DNA of 64,000 nt from positions 620,001-684,000 of the forward strand of contig MCFH01000024.1 in assembly GCA_002104945.1 (NCBI GenBank), given 5' to 3'. Within the stretch, counting starts at the first letter, position 1, and each line of letters starts with the position of its first letter. This document shows positions 42,838-54,400 of this stretch, in pieces. The notes under the pieces were generated by a model. The model was not told where the DNA came from, did no database searches, and saw nothing but the letters and a program-made list of their open reading frames with translations. Source of the DNA: Piromyces finnis finn (Eukaryota; Fungi; Neocallimastigomycota). A program made the translations under genes and the position numbers.

Positions 42838-43578
42838 TTATAACTTTAAATATTCTTCATCGGTAACTGGTTCTAACCATTCATTAGATAAGTTTTCACC
42901 TGGAATTTCAAAAGCAAGATGACTGAACCATGAGTCTTTCTTGGCACCATGCCAATGCTTAACATTTGCTGGAATAGTAACAATTACACCAGGTTTTAAA
43001 CTTTGAGCTGGTTTGCCAAATTCTTGGTACCAACCTTCACCATCGACACAAATTAAAACTTGACCACCACCACTAGTGGAATGATGAACGTGCCAATTAT
43101 TTCTACATTTTGGTTCAAAAGTAACATTACATATCATCAATGGGTCCTTTTTTGGATCAGTTAAAAGGTTTAAGAAGGAATTACCAATAAAATATTTAGC
43201 ATAGGCATCATTTGGTTGACCTAAACCAAAGAATCCACCATGTTGTTCTGGTTTATCTTCATCCTTATAAACTTCTTTAGCATATCTGAATGCAGCCCAG
43301 GCATTTGGCCATCCAGCATAAAAAGCAACATGAGTAAGAATTTCAGCCATTTCAGTTTTAGTGACACCATTATTTTTAGCAGACATCATATGATATTGTA
43401 ATGAAGAATCTGTAATACCTTTTGAAACTAAGGATGTAACAGTAACAATAGATCTAATTTTTAAAGATAATTTATCTTCTCTGTCCCAAACTTGACCAAA
43501 TAATACATCATCGTTTAATTCGGCAAATTTTGGAGCAAAATCACCTAATTGATCACGTCCAGCAGTTTGTTTTGGCAT
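42838..43578 (-). CDS. Carboxymuconolactone decarboxylase (CMD)-family / cupin fusion protein, intronless, bacterial type
   Basis: CMD part: APKFAELNDDVLFGQVW...RSIVTV...H...AKNNGVTKTEMAEILTHVAFYAGWPNAW. Cupin part: NVTFEPKCRNNWHVHH...GGQVLICVDGEGWYQ...IPANVKHWHGA...FSHLA. Confidence 0.92.
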   Translation of the reverse strand: MPKQTAGRDQLGDFAPKFAELNDDVLFGQVWDREDKLSLKIRSIVTVTSLVSKGITDSSLQYHMMSAKNNGVTKTEMAEILTHVAFYAGWPNAWAAFRYAKEVYKDEDKPEQHGGFFGLGQPNDAYAKYFIGNSFLNLLTDPKKDPLMICNVTFEPKCRNNWHVHHSTSGGGQVLICVDGEGWYQEFGKPAQSLKPGVIVTIPANVKHWHGAKKDSWFSHLAFEIPGENLSNEWLEPVTDEEYLKL

Positions 43579-44358
43579 ATTTTTTTGCTTTATTAATAAT
43601 GTAAATATTTATTTAATATTAAAAAAAAAAAAAAAAAAAAAAAAGAAAATTAAAATATTTATATATTTTAATGCACTTATATTTTCCGCTAATTTAATAA
43701 AATATATAATAATCCGATAATTATTTATTAAATAGCTTTTTTCTTTAGAAAAAAAATACAAAATTTATATATATTACTTATATTATTCCTATTTAAATTT
43801 GATTATTTCTTTATAAATATATATATAATATTAAATAAACATGTATCATTTTCACATTATCATGACTCAATAGATAGCTTACCATTTTGAAGTATAAGAA
43901 GGTTGATTGGTTAGTATTTTAATATAAAAATAACTATTAATTAAAAAAATATTATTACTAATTACTAATTGAAAATAAATATTTCCGCATTTTTTCCCAT
44001 TAATGGAAAAAAAAAAGCAACTCCATAAAATAATAATATATTTTATTATTACAACTTCAATTAAGTACAAAAATTATTACAATAAATATTTAATTTTTTT
44101 TATTATTATTATATTTATTTTATTATTTTTTTATTTATTTTACACATTATTTAAGTTTTTTATATATTTAAAAATTCTTTTAATCATTATAATTAAAATA
44201 TTTTTTCTATAATATTATTGATATTAAAATTAATATCTCTATATATCTCAATTATTGAAATATTAAATAATATAAACATTTTTTGTAATTGAATAAGTAT
44301 ATGTAAGATTGAATAAGTATATATATATAATTTTTTAAATTATTTTTAATTAATCAAT

Positions 44359-46749
44359 TTAGTTCTTTTTAACAATACATTTTCTAACCTTCTTGATAGT
44401 GTCAGCAGAAGCAACATCTTTCTTTGGTTCTTCATCAGCTGAAATTTCATCTTCAACATCAGCAGAATCATTCTTTTGTTCTTCTTCAACAGATGCTTCA
44501 CCAGCTTCTTCATCACTTTCAACTTCCTTAACATCTTCATCATTACCTGAAACATCTGGAATTTCTTCATCTTCAGAATCATTTGGTTCATTTTCGTCAC
44601 CGACAGCAGCAGAAACGGTAACCTTAAGTGGTAAATCTCTAGCATTAGAACCAGCGTAAACAGTGTATTCACCATCTTCTGGTTTAACAAAGTCCTTAAC
44701 ATCGACATCATAGTAAGAAAGATCGTGGTTGTCAATTAAAATAGTTGTCTTTTCACTTTGACCAGCTTCTAACATGATTTTATCGAATCCCTTGAATAAA
44801 CGAACTGGGTAATCCTTAACTGATTCTGGGAAGGAAAGGAAAATCATTGGAACAGCAGCACCAGCAACATCACCAGTGTTCTTGACTGTTAAAGTGACAT
44901 AAAGACCATCTTCAGTCATGTCAGCAACAATGTCAGAGAATTCGAAGGTAGTGTAAGATAAACCATAACCGAAAGCAAAGGTTGGTTCAATTTCTTTCTT
45001 ATCGAACCAACGGTAACCAACGAAAAGACCTTCATCGTAATCATATTGAGTTTTTTCTTCACCACCACCTGGAAGAGCATCATCATATTTAACATCGGTT
45101 GGGTAGTCTTCACGTGGAGCCCAAGTGTATGGTAAGTGACCTGATGGGTTAACATCACCGAATAATACATCAGCAATAGCATTACCAGTTTCTTGACCTG
45201 GGAAACCAGCGAAAACAATACCCTTTACCTTATCAATAAATGGAACATTGACTGGACCTGGAGCATGAATAACAACAATGGTATTTTTATTAACTGAAGC
45301 AACGGCATCAACTAATTCATTACCACCATGCCATAAGTCTAAGTCTAAACGATCACCCTTATTTCCTTCGACAGTAATGTATTCTTCTCCAGAATCGGCT
45401 TGAACGAAAACAATAGCTAAATCAGCATCCTTTGCAGCAGCTGCACCACCTTTAGCATCATCTTCACCATAACTAACAACCTTTATTTTATCCTTCTTAG
45501 CTCTCTTTGTAATAGCGGAAAGTGGATCAATAACGTATTTGAAATCGGTTGTACCAGAACCCCAACCAAGTGGGAGGGTACCATTAGCACATTGCATATC
45601 AGTACAGAAAGTAGCTGGCATAGCATCCTTACCAATAATAGCAATCTTTTTAACCTTTTTGTTAATTGGAAGGACCTTATTATCATTCTTTAATAATACT
45701 GTACTATCAGCAGCAACCTTTCTGTTAAGAGCAATGTTTTCTTTAGTGAGAGTGTCAACAGTTAAGTTAACTTCTGGATAATCTTCTAATTGACCAGCTT
45801 TAATTAAAGAACGAACAATACGTAAAGCAGCATCATCTAATCTTTCTTGTGAGAAGATACCTTTATCAATACATTCTTGAATATGTTCACCCCAGAAACT
45901 GTCACCAACGAAATCTGGACCCCAGTATTTACCACCTGGCATATCCATATCCATACCAGCGCCGAAACTCTTTTCAACATCGTAAATAGACCACCAGTCA
46001 GACATAACAAAACCTTGGAATCCCATCTTACCCTTTAAAACATCGGTTAAGAGTCTCTTGTTTTGAACAGAGTAAGTTCCATTAATAGCATTGTATGAAG
46101 ACATAACAGAGTCTACAGAACCATCATTGATAGCACGGTAGAATGGATCAATATAAACTTCCCAAAGGGCTTGTTCTGGAATGTTTGAGGAAGAAGCCCC
46201 ACGATTGTTTTCTTGATCATTACCAACAAAGTGCTTAGCGGTAGCTATAACACCTTGAGATTGGATACCCTTAATAACTTGGATACCAACTTGACCGGCT
46301 AAGAATGGGTCTTCACCATAACTTTCCCAGATTCTACCAGAAGCTGGAGCACGTTGAATGTTCATAGCTGGAGATAAAGCAGCGTTAATACCTCTTTGAT
46401 AGAATTCATTACCTTGAGCAGCACCAACCTTATAGTATAAATCTCTATCAAAAGTAGAAGCAGTATTAATTGCAGCTTGCCATGAAGTAGCTGATCCTTC
46501 AGCAAATCTTACACCAGCTGGACCATCTTGAAGGCAAAGACCTTTAAATCCTTTTCTTTCAATTGGATCAATTGAACCAACACAAATACCTTGCATATTT
46601 TCTCTACCGGTGGTAAGAGTAATTTTTTCTTCATTGGTTAAATCAGCACACCATTCTCTAGCCTTAGCATCGGCTTCTTCCCAAGTCATAGCAATTGACT
46701 TAGAAACAAAAAGAAGTGCAACAGTAGATAAAGCAGAGGCGAACTTCAT
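44359..46749 (-). CDS. Secreted GH3 beta-glucosidase (796 aa), intronless, Fn3-like domain, acidic tail, no dockerin
   Basis: Signal peptide; LCLQDGPAGVR, GRIWESYGEDP, AKHFVGNDQE, nucleophile VMSDW, acid/base DSGEEY, YDEGLFVGYRWFD and FGYGLSYTTF. Confidence 0.96.
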   Translation of the reverse strand: MKFASALSTVALLFVSKSIAMTWEEADAKAREWCADLTNEEKITLTTGRENMQGICVGSIDPIERKGFKGLCLQDGPAGVRFAEGSATSWQAAINTASTFDRDLYYKVGAAQGNEFYQRGINAALSPAMNIQRAPASGRIWESYGEDPFLAGQVGIQVIKGIQSQGVIATAKHFVGNDQENNRGASSSNIPEQALWEVYIDPFYRAINDGSVDSVMSSYNAINGTYSVQNKRLLTDVLKGKMGFQGFVMSDWWSIYDVEKSFGAGMDMDMPGGKYWGPDFVGDSFWGEHIQECIDKGIFSQERLDDAALRIVRSLIKAGQLEDYPEVNLTVDTLTKENIALNRKVAADSTVLLKNDNKVLPINKKVKKIAIIGKDAMPATFCTDMQCANGTLPLGWGSGTTDFKYVIDPLSAITKRAKKDKIKVVSYGEDDAKGGAAAAKDADLAIVFVQADSGEEYITVEGNKGDRLDLDLWHGGNELVDAVASVNKNTIVVIHAPGPVNVPFIDKVKGIVFAGFPGQETGNAIADVLFGDVNPSGHLPYTWAPREDYPTDVKYDDALPGGGEEKTQYDYDEGLFVGYRWFDKKEIEPTFAFGYGLSYTTFEFSDIVADMTEDGLYVTLTVKNTGDVAGAAVPMIFLSFPESVKDYPVRLFKGFDKIMLEAGQSEKTTILIDNHDLSYYDVDVKDFVKPEDGEYTVYAGSNARDLPLKVTVSAAVGDENEPNDSEDEEIPDVSGNDEDVKEVESDEEAGEASVEEEQKNDSADVEDEISADEEPKKDVASADTIKKVRKCIVKKN

Positions 46750-48786
46750 TTTGGTTATTTTAATTTATGTTTATTATATTAATATATTTTTATATTGCTT
46801 TTAATTATGTTTTATTTTTTTTTTTACAAAATTTCTTTATTTTTTTTCAAAAATTATATAAATAATAATTTATATTTTTTTTTATAGTTTATACACAATT
46901 TTATTAAATTATTTGAGGTTTATATATATATACTTATTCTTTTATTTTTAATATAATATTTTTTATTATATTAATGTTGTTAAAATAAGAAGGAAATTAC
47001 TACACTTTTATACTTTTTTCAATTATATTAATACTTATTTTTTTTGTTTAATATTATATAACGGTTATTTTTTGTATATACTTTTTATATTTTTCTTTTG
47101 ATTAGTTAAAGCATAATAATAATATTTTTTGTTAAAAAAATATATTAAATTGAAGGTTAATATGTTCATTTAATTTAATTCTTTGAAAATTGTATATTAA
47201 AATATATTAATTTGAGATATTAGTTTTATTTATATTATTATTGTTTAGTTTACCTATGATATTTATTCAGGTTTTTTTTTGTGTGTCTATATTAAAAATA
47301 TATTTATTTTTTATATTAGTAATTTACCCACAAAATATTAAAATAATTTTAAATAGTAATATTATTCTATATTTTATTTTAAATAAGTTAGGAGTATATA
47401 CTATATTTATTTCATTTTTATTTTAAGAAGGATTAATTAAATATATTAAAAAATACTAAAAAAAAATAAATTTAATTTAATTAATGATTTTTATATTTTT
47501 AATTATTAAGGCATATGGAATGAAAATTATTTGCTATATTTTCAATATTTATTGAATTTATTTATGTTAGAATGAAAAAAATATGTATATAAATAATAAT
47601 ATTAATATTAATAGTGAAAAAAAGTATTATTATTATTATTATTCTAATTATTATTACTATGTATGACTATGATAATATGATGATGATGACAATTTATTAT
47701 AGTTTAAAATTTGGGATTTTTTTAAAAATTCTCCAAAGTAATATATGATTAATGAGAGTTGTGTAACCACGGTTAAAATAAAATAAAATATTCTATTGTT
47801 TATAAATATTATTAACATTAACTTTATTTTTTATCTTTTATTGAAAGGTTAGAATAAATAATATCCTTACTATCTCCTTTTATTACCACCAAATACATCA
47901 TTTTTATTCTAAATAATAAAAATATTAAATATAATAATTACCTAATTTTCCATATCTTTAATATTTTAATAATTCTATTAAATAATAAATTTAATTAATG
48001 ACCATTTATTATTCAGATGATTAAAAATATAATTATATCAATAATAAAAATAAAACTGTTTTTATTTTATTTTATAGATATTATAGTATTAAAACTATTT
48101 TCTCATATCCATTTTATTAAAAACTCCTTTTTTTTTTTTTAAAAAAAACTAAGAATAAATTATAACTATTTCTTTCTTCTTTATTTACTAACAAACAAAA
48201 TATTATAATAAAAAAAAATCTATATTCTATATCCTATTATCTTATTATTATATTAACAACATCAACAGTAATAGTCGCAATAAAATTTTATTTTATTAAA
48301 AACGAAAATTTACTTTTCAAATATAATATTAATAATATTTATTTTGAAAATAAATATTAAAAAATAAAAAAAAAAAAAAATGCTTAAAAGAAATAACAAT
48401 AAAATAAAATATGAATATATTATATAATATGATATATATTATATGATAATTTTCTCTATTATTATTGAAATTAAATAGTAATAAAAATAAAAAAAGTACA
48501 CTTTATTTAAAATTTTATAAATTATATTAAGTGCTTTATTAAAAAATTATTTATGATGTGAATCTAATTATTGTATAAATAATAATAATAAAATGAAATG
48601 TTGAAGATTATTGATTGTATTGTAAATTTTGTATGAAAAAAATATTTTAAATATTTGTTAATTATAAAACTTTTTCAACATCAAATAAACAATTGTCTAT
48701 TTTGAATAAATTATTGGGAATAATTTTGGAAATAAATTAATTTATTCATGAAATAACATATATTCGCATATATATTAATTAATGAT

Positions 48787-50186
48787 TTATTTATTGCTTT
48801 TCTTTCCCTTCTTCTTCTTACCAGGCTTTGGTGAAGTAACAGTATTAGAGATGGTAGCTTTATGTTATATAAATTAATTAAATAAATTTAAATTTATTAG
48901 TATTTTTAAAATAGAATTATATAAACAGTACTATTATGTATATTAATATTTTACGTTGTATTTAATACTTTAAATATATTATCATTGTTATTATGATTAA
49001 TAATAACGATTGTAACTGAAATAATTTTGATATATTGTGTTTTGCATATATTATAATAATACAAATAAAATATTATATACAACAGTAAATAATAATTAAT
49101 GTTTACCATCAAGTGGTTTGGCTTCTAAACTCTTCTTAGTATTTAACATCTTTTTAAGTAAAGATCTGTTTAATTTTTCCATCTTTTTAATGTCACTAGC
49201 ATATTCAGTTTTATATTTAATACACTGTAATTTGATGATTGTTTAAATTAATGAAATTATCTTTTAATAAATTATAATGAAAAGTAATAATTTATTTTAA
49301 TAAATTCTTACGGTTGGTCCATCGGTAACTTTAAGAACAAGTTTGGTATCAACATTTCTGTATTTAACAAGGTATCTTGTCTTTTTTTTAATTAATATAA
49401 ATTAAGTAAATTTATTATATTAGTGATATAAAATAAAAAAATATATTGAATTTATTATTAATAATATTTAAAAATGTATATTGAAAAAAAATAAGAAAAT
49501 TGTGTAAAATCATTAAAATATTAAATGTTAATTAATTTTATATATATTTTATTCTGATAATTAAAAATGAATATTGAGATTTCATTTTTAAGCGGATTAT
49601 TAAAAAATAAAATTTATAATTAATTTATGGTATTTAAATCATTTGATTTTTACTTATTTTTAGTGGATTATTAAAAAATCAAATTTATAATTAATTTATG
49701 GTATTTATAATCATTTGATTTTTACATATTTTTAATGGATTACTAAGAAACAATCAAATTTAAAATTAATTTATGGTATTAATAATCATTTGAATTTATT
49801 GATTATTATAATATTAAATTATTAAATTAAAAACCCCAATTTTTTCCATCTAAATAAAGATTATTGCTAATATCAATATGGTTTTTCAATTTTTGAATAA
49901 ACATTATTGCATCCATTTTATTGTTATTGTTAATAATATATCATTATGATCTTCATTCATATTAACTACTTTGCATTAAAAAATAAAATCCAATAGATAT
50001 AAAGTTATTGTTTATAATAACATCTATTCATCTTCATCTTTTATTTTGTTTTTATATTTGCCTTTTTTTTTTTTTTATTTTTCTGTTTCAAATTAAAAAA
50101 ATATTTATATATACTTTAAAAGGAGAGGCCATATATAATTCTTCAACAGCCTTCTTGAATGTATCCCAATCGTCAATATAAACCAT
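48787..50186 (-). CDS. SRP9: Signal recognition particle subunit SRP9/Srp21 (~109 aa, 4 exons; not in the ORF track)
   Basis: Exons 50186-50115, 49380-49312, 49224-49107 and 48857-48787 translate to MVYIDDWDTFKKAVEELYMASPFKTRYLVKYRNVDTKLVLKVTDGPTCIKYKTEYASDIKKMEKLNRSLLKKM...KPGKKKKGKKSNK*. This matches the SRP9 pattern W.F...AE.LY...P...R...KY......L..KVTD...C..YKT....D..K..K. Confidence 0.92.
49594..49800. repeat. Three-copy ~71-bp tandem minisatellite in SRP9 intron 1
   Basis: The unit ggattattaaaaaat.aaatttataattaatttatggtattt..atcatttgatttttac.tatttt starts at 49594, 49665 and 49737. Confidence 0.85.
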
Positions 50187-51445
50187 TTTTCTTTCTTTTT
50201 TTTTATTAAAATTAAAGATTTTAAATTGGATTAATAAAAAAAAAAAACAAACAAATAAATAAAACTAATAATTGAAAATTCAATATATATATAAAATTTA
50301 ATCCACCAATAGAAATATTATTAATAATTATATAATTAAATCAACCATATTTAAAATAATATATATGATGGATATTATAAATTATGGTAAAGTGTTAAGA
50401 TAAAAATATATAATTATTATAAATATAACACTAAAAGTATTATTAATAAATATATTATTGTTAAAAGAGATGTATTGTTAATTCATGTTATTGTTATTTG
50501 CTTATTATTATTTATTATTTATTATATATGATTTTATTTATTATATTTTCATTAAAGAAAAATTATTAATATTCTTTATTATAACAAAAAAAGATGTTTT
50601 TTTTAATTTTTTAGTTTCCATTGTTATTAATTATTTTTCATTTACATAAATAAGCAATTATAAAAATTTATACTATAAAAAGTAGGAGTAATAGCGTATG
50701 AGTGCATTTATAAATTGTTTTTTTTTTTTTTTTTTTTTTTTTTTGGTTTTGTTTTGTTTATGAATATTGGAATGATCCATCAAACAAAATTATTTAATAT
50801 TTGTTTAATATATTATTATATATAAAATTAAATATCAAGGTTAATATCAATTAAATTTCAAATATATTAGAATATTTTAATTAAATCATTTATTCTGAAG
50901 TACTATTTTTAAAATAGAATAAATATTCGTTTTAACCTTGTAAAAAAGATTCTTTTTTCATAAAAGAACTATAACTTTTATATATATTAATTATATATAG
51001 AAAGGACTTTTTTTTTTTTTTTTTTTAAAAAAAAAAGAAGTTAAAAAAGTCATTTTTTATTTTTATTTTACATTTATATATTTTTTTCTTTTGCATTTTT
51101 ATAAAGAAAAATCAATTTTGTTTTAATACTTTTTTTTTTTTGTTATTATTATTGTTGCTTTAATAACAATAATAATAGTAATAATAATAAGAAGAAATAA
51201 AGTTTCTTTGTATTTGAATAAAAAAAAAAAAAGAAAAAAGTAATATAATATATAAAATTAAAATTATTAAATAATATATAAAATTAAAATTATTAAATAA
51301 TAAAATTAAATACTAACATTACTTAAATGAATCATAACAGCATTTAAATAATATTATGAATTAATCTTAACACATAATATAAAAAGATTGACTGTTTAAA
51401 CAAATATATAAATTTATAAAGATAAGACCAAGCAATATTTACAAA

Positions 51446-54400
51446 ATGTTCAATTCCAATAATACTCAACAATTTCCACGTAATATAGCAATAAATTAAT
51501 AATTACATTTTTTCTTAAAAAAATAAAATATTAATAATAAAATATTTAATTATAATTTAATTATTTACTTCTTTTTTTTTTTTTTTTTTTTAAAAAAAAT
51601 ATATATATATATATATATGTTTTACTTAATAAAGAACTCTCATTTTTGAGTGTTCAAGAATTCAATAACTACAAAAATTTATATCTCCAAGCCAATCCTT
51701 CTATTAATGGAATAAATTGTAAATAAATTATATAATTACCGAATTTTATTTATTTAACAGCAGTGAAAATATTAATAAAGATTGTTATTTCAACTATATA
51801 TAAACATTTCTTTTTCTTAAAAAATAACTTCTCTATAAAAATATACTACTTTGTTTAAAACAGCTATATATATTAATAAAATTCTTGATTCTACCAATTT
51901 ACCTCAAGGAGTTATTAATCGTATCGAGTAAATATATATAAATAAATTAATATAAAATAAAGAATAACATTAAATTAAATAAATTTCACCTTTATCTTTT
52001 TATTCTCTATTTAATACTTAAATTTGAATAATAACAATAATAAAATAAGATCATTAAGTAATATTTCAAAGAATGGTTATTATAATTTCCCTCAATTTTG
52101 TTTATTAATGAAATTGCTAAACGGTAGAATGAGCGGTGAAATTCTACCAAATACTTTACCTGATAATATTAGTAGAGAAGTTATCAGTGCTAGTAATAAA
52201 ATGCAATCCACACAAAGTATGAGAAGTCCAATTTCCCCAGCAACTAATTTCTTTGGAAATAATAATAATTCAAATGCCCAAAATTTTTCCACAACTAGTA
52301 ATACTAATTCAGCCAATTCAATATGGACTTTATCTAATGAAGAAAAAATGAAATATTTCGAAATATTTAGACAATATGATACTTTTAATTCAGGATATTT
52401 ATCAGGTAATAAATATATTTCAATTTTTATGTATAATTTTTAGGTACTATAAAAAATTATAAGACAATGAAAGCCAAATTTCATATTTTTTTAAGAAATA
52501 TATAATTACTTAAATTAATAATTCTAATAATATTTTAATTTTAACTTTTTTGTTATTTGGCATTTTATTAAACATCTATATATACATATACATATATATA
52601 TCCATTAATATAATTTTAAAAATATCTAGGTGATGTTATTAGAGGTATTTTCCAAAAAAGTAATTTATCTATTTCTATACTCTCAAGAATATATGATTTA
52701 GTTGATCAAAGGCGTTCAGGTTCATTATCAAAAATTGAATTTGCTGTTGGAATGCTTTTAATTAACCGTCAAATGAGAGGTATGTCCATTCCATCTCAAT
52801 TACCATATGAACTTAAGGAAGTTTTAAAGAATAATACACAAATGCAAAACTCATATTCTAATATGGGTGGTAATATAAATTCTTCATTTAATAACGGTAT
52901 GAATAATTCAATGAATACCAATAATAGTTTTATGAATAGTGGTATGAATGGTATGAATAACGGTATGAATAATATGAATGGTATGAATAATGGTATGAAT
53001 AACGGTATGAATAATATGAATGGTATGAATGGTATGAATAATATGAATAGAATGAATAATGGTATGAATAATATGAATGGTATGAATGGTATGAACTTCA
53101 ATACGAATAATAATAATAATAATAATAACAACTTTGGATTCTTTAACAACAACAACAATAGTAATAACAATAACAATATACCATCCAATAGCTTCATAAA
53201 TAACAATAATTCATCATCTATGAATCAAAATGCTTCTAATAATTCAACCTCACCAACATACAACCAAAATATGTTCAATAATAATAGTAATATGTTTAAC
53301 AATGGTGGTGATATTCAAATTGAAGAAGTATCTGCCAATTACGAAGAGGAAGAAGAAAAGAGAAAGGAAATTGAAAAATTTAATGAAGAAATTGCAAAAT
53401 TAGAAGCCCAAAAGGAACATATGATTCAAAGTTGTAAGCCAAAGATTGGTCAATTACATCAACAATTACAGCAGTTAAATACTATTGAAGAGAAATTTAA
53501 TACGGTATTAAAAGATTATAATAATGCTCTTGATTCTGTAAGAAGAGCATGCAATGATAGACGTAATATTTTACAAGAAGAAGTCAACAAACATAAAAAG
53601 AAGGATGAAGGAGCTTCTATTGAAAATAAGGCTCAAGAACTTTTAGCTAAGCGTATGGAAGCTCTTGGTTTAAGTATGCTTTCTACTCTTCCAAAAGGTA
53701 ATGACGATGAAGAAGCCAAAGCTAAAAGAAACTTGTATGAATTTGATGAAAAAATAAAAAACGTAAATCAATTAATTTCAAATAGTGAAGAAAAAGTAAA
53801 TAATATAAAGTTACAATTCCAAGAAGTATTAAATAAGCAAAAAGAAGAACTTAATATATTAGTTAACTTTGATGGACCAAGTTTTGAAATTAATCCTCAA
53901 TGGGAAAAGGGTAGTAATATTAATGATAATGATTTATACACTTTTATTCTTAAAATCAATCAAGATAAAAATGATATAAAGATGAAATTCTTAAAAGAAT
54001 TGGAATCTCAACAAACTACAACCTCAACTTCAGCTCCAGCCCCAAATGTTGAATCTCACGAAAATTTATTCAGTCAAATGGCTGCAAATAAAACAGCTGA
54101 TCTCTTTAATACACCTGCTTTTAAATCAAATGAATCTTCTTCTGCTTCAGAGCCAACTCCAGAGCAAATTATTAATAAACTTGATGATGATAAGGATTTA
54201 AATTCTATTTCAAAGGATACAGTTAAAAACATACGTAATGTATTCAATCAACCAAGTTCATTTAATCATACAGATGATTCTACTGTTTCAAAAATTAAAG
54301 ATTTCATACCTTCTAATGTATCTATTAAGAATAAAATTGAAAGTATGGGCATGAACAATAACTCCCAACAATCTACTTCAGTCTCAGATACAGTTCCAAC

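Noticed and set aside
42838-43578. Bacterial contamination as the source of the CMD-cupin gene
   Set aside because: It is embedded in host-type poly-A/AT-rich flanks with host-like A/T-ending codons, has no operon neighbours, and has a decayed host-side duplicate of its 3' end.
44003-44212. Short F/I/L/Y/K-rich ORFs here and at 4558, 5593, 24282, 31063, 43879 and 47241
   Set aside because: Compositional artefacts of AT-rich or microsatellite DNA; several use non-ATG starts; no motifs.
44393-46804. Several short ORFs overlapping GH3
   Set aside because: Antisense or alternative-frame by-products of the biased codon usage of the GH3 gene.
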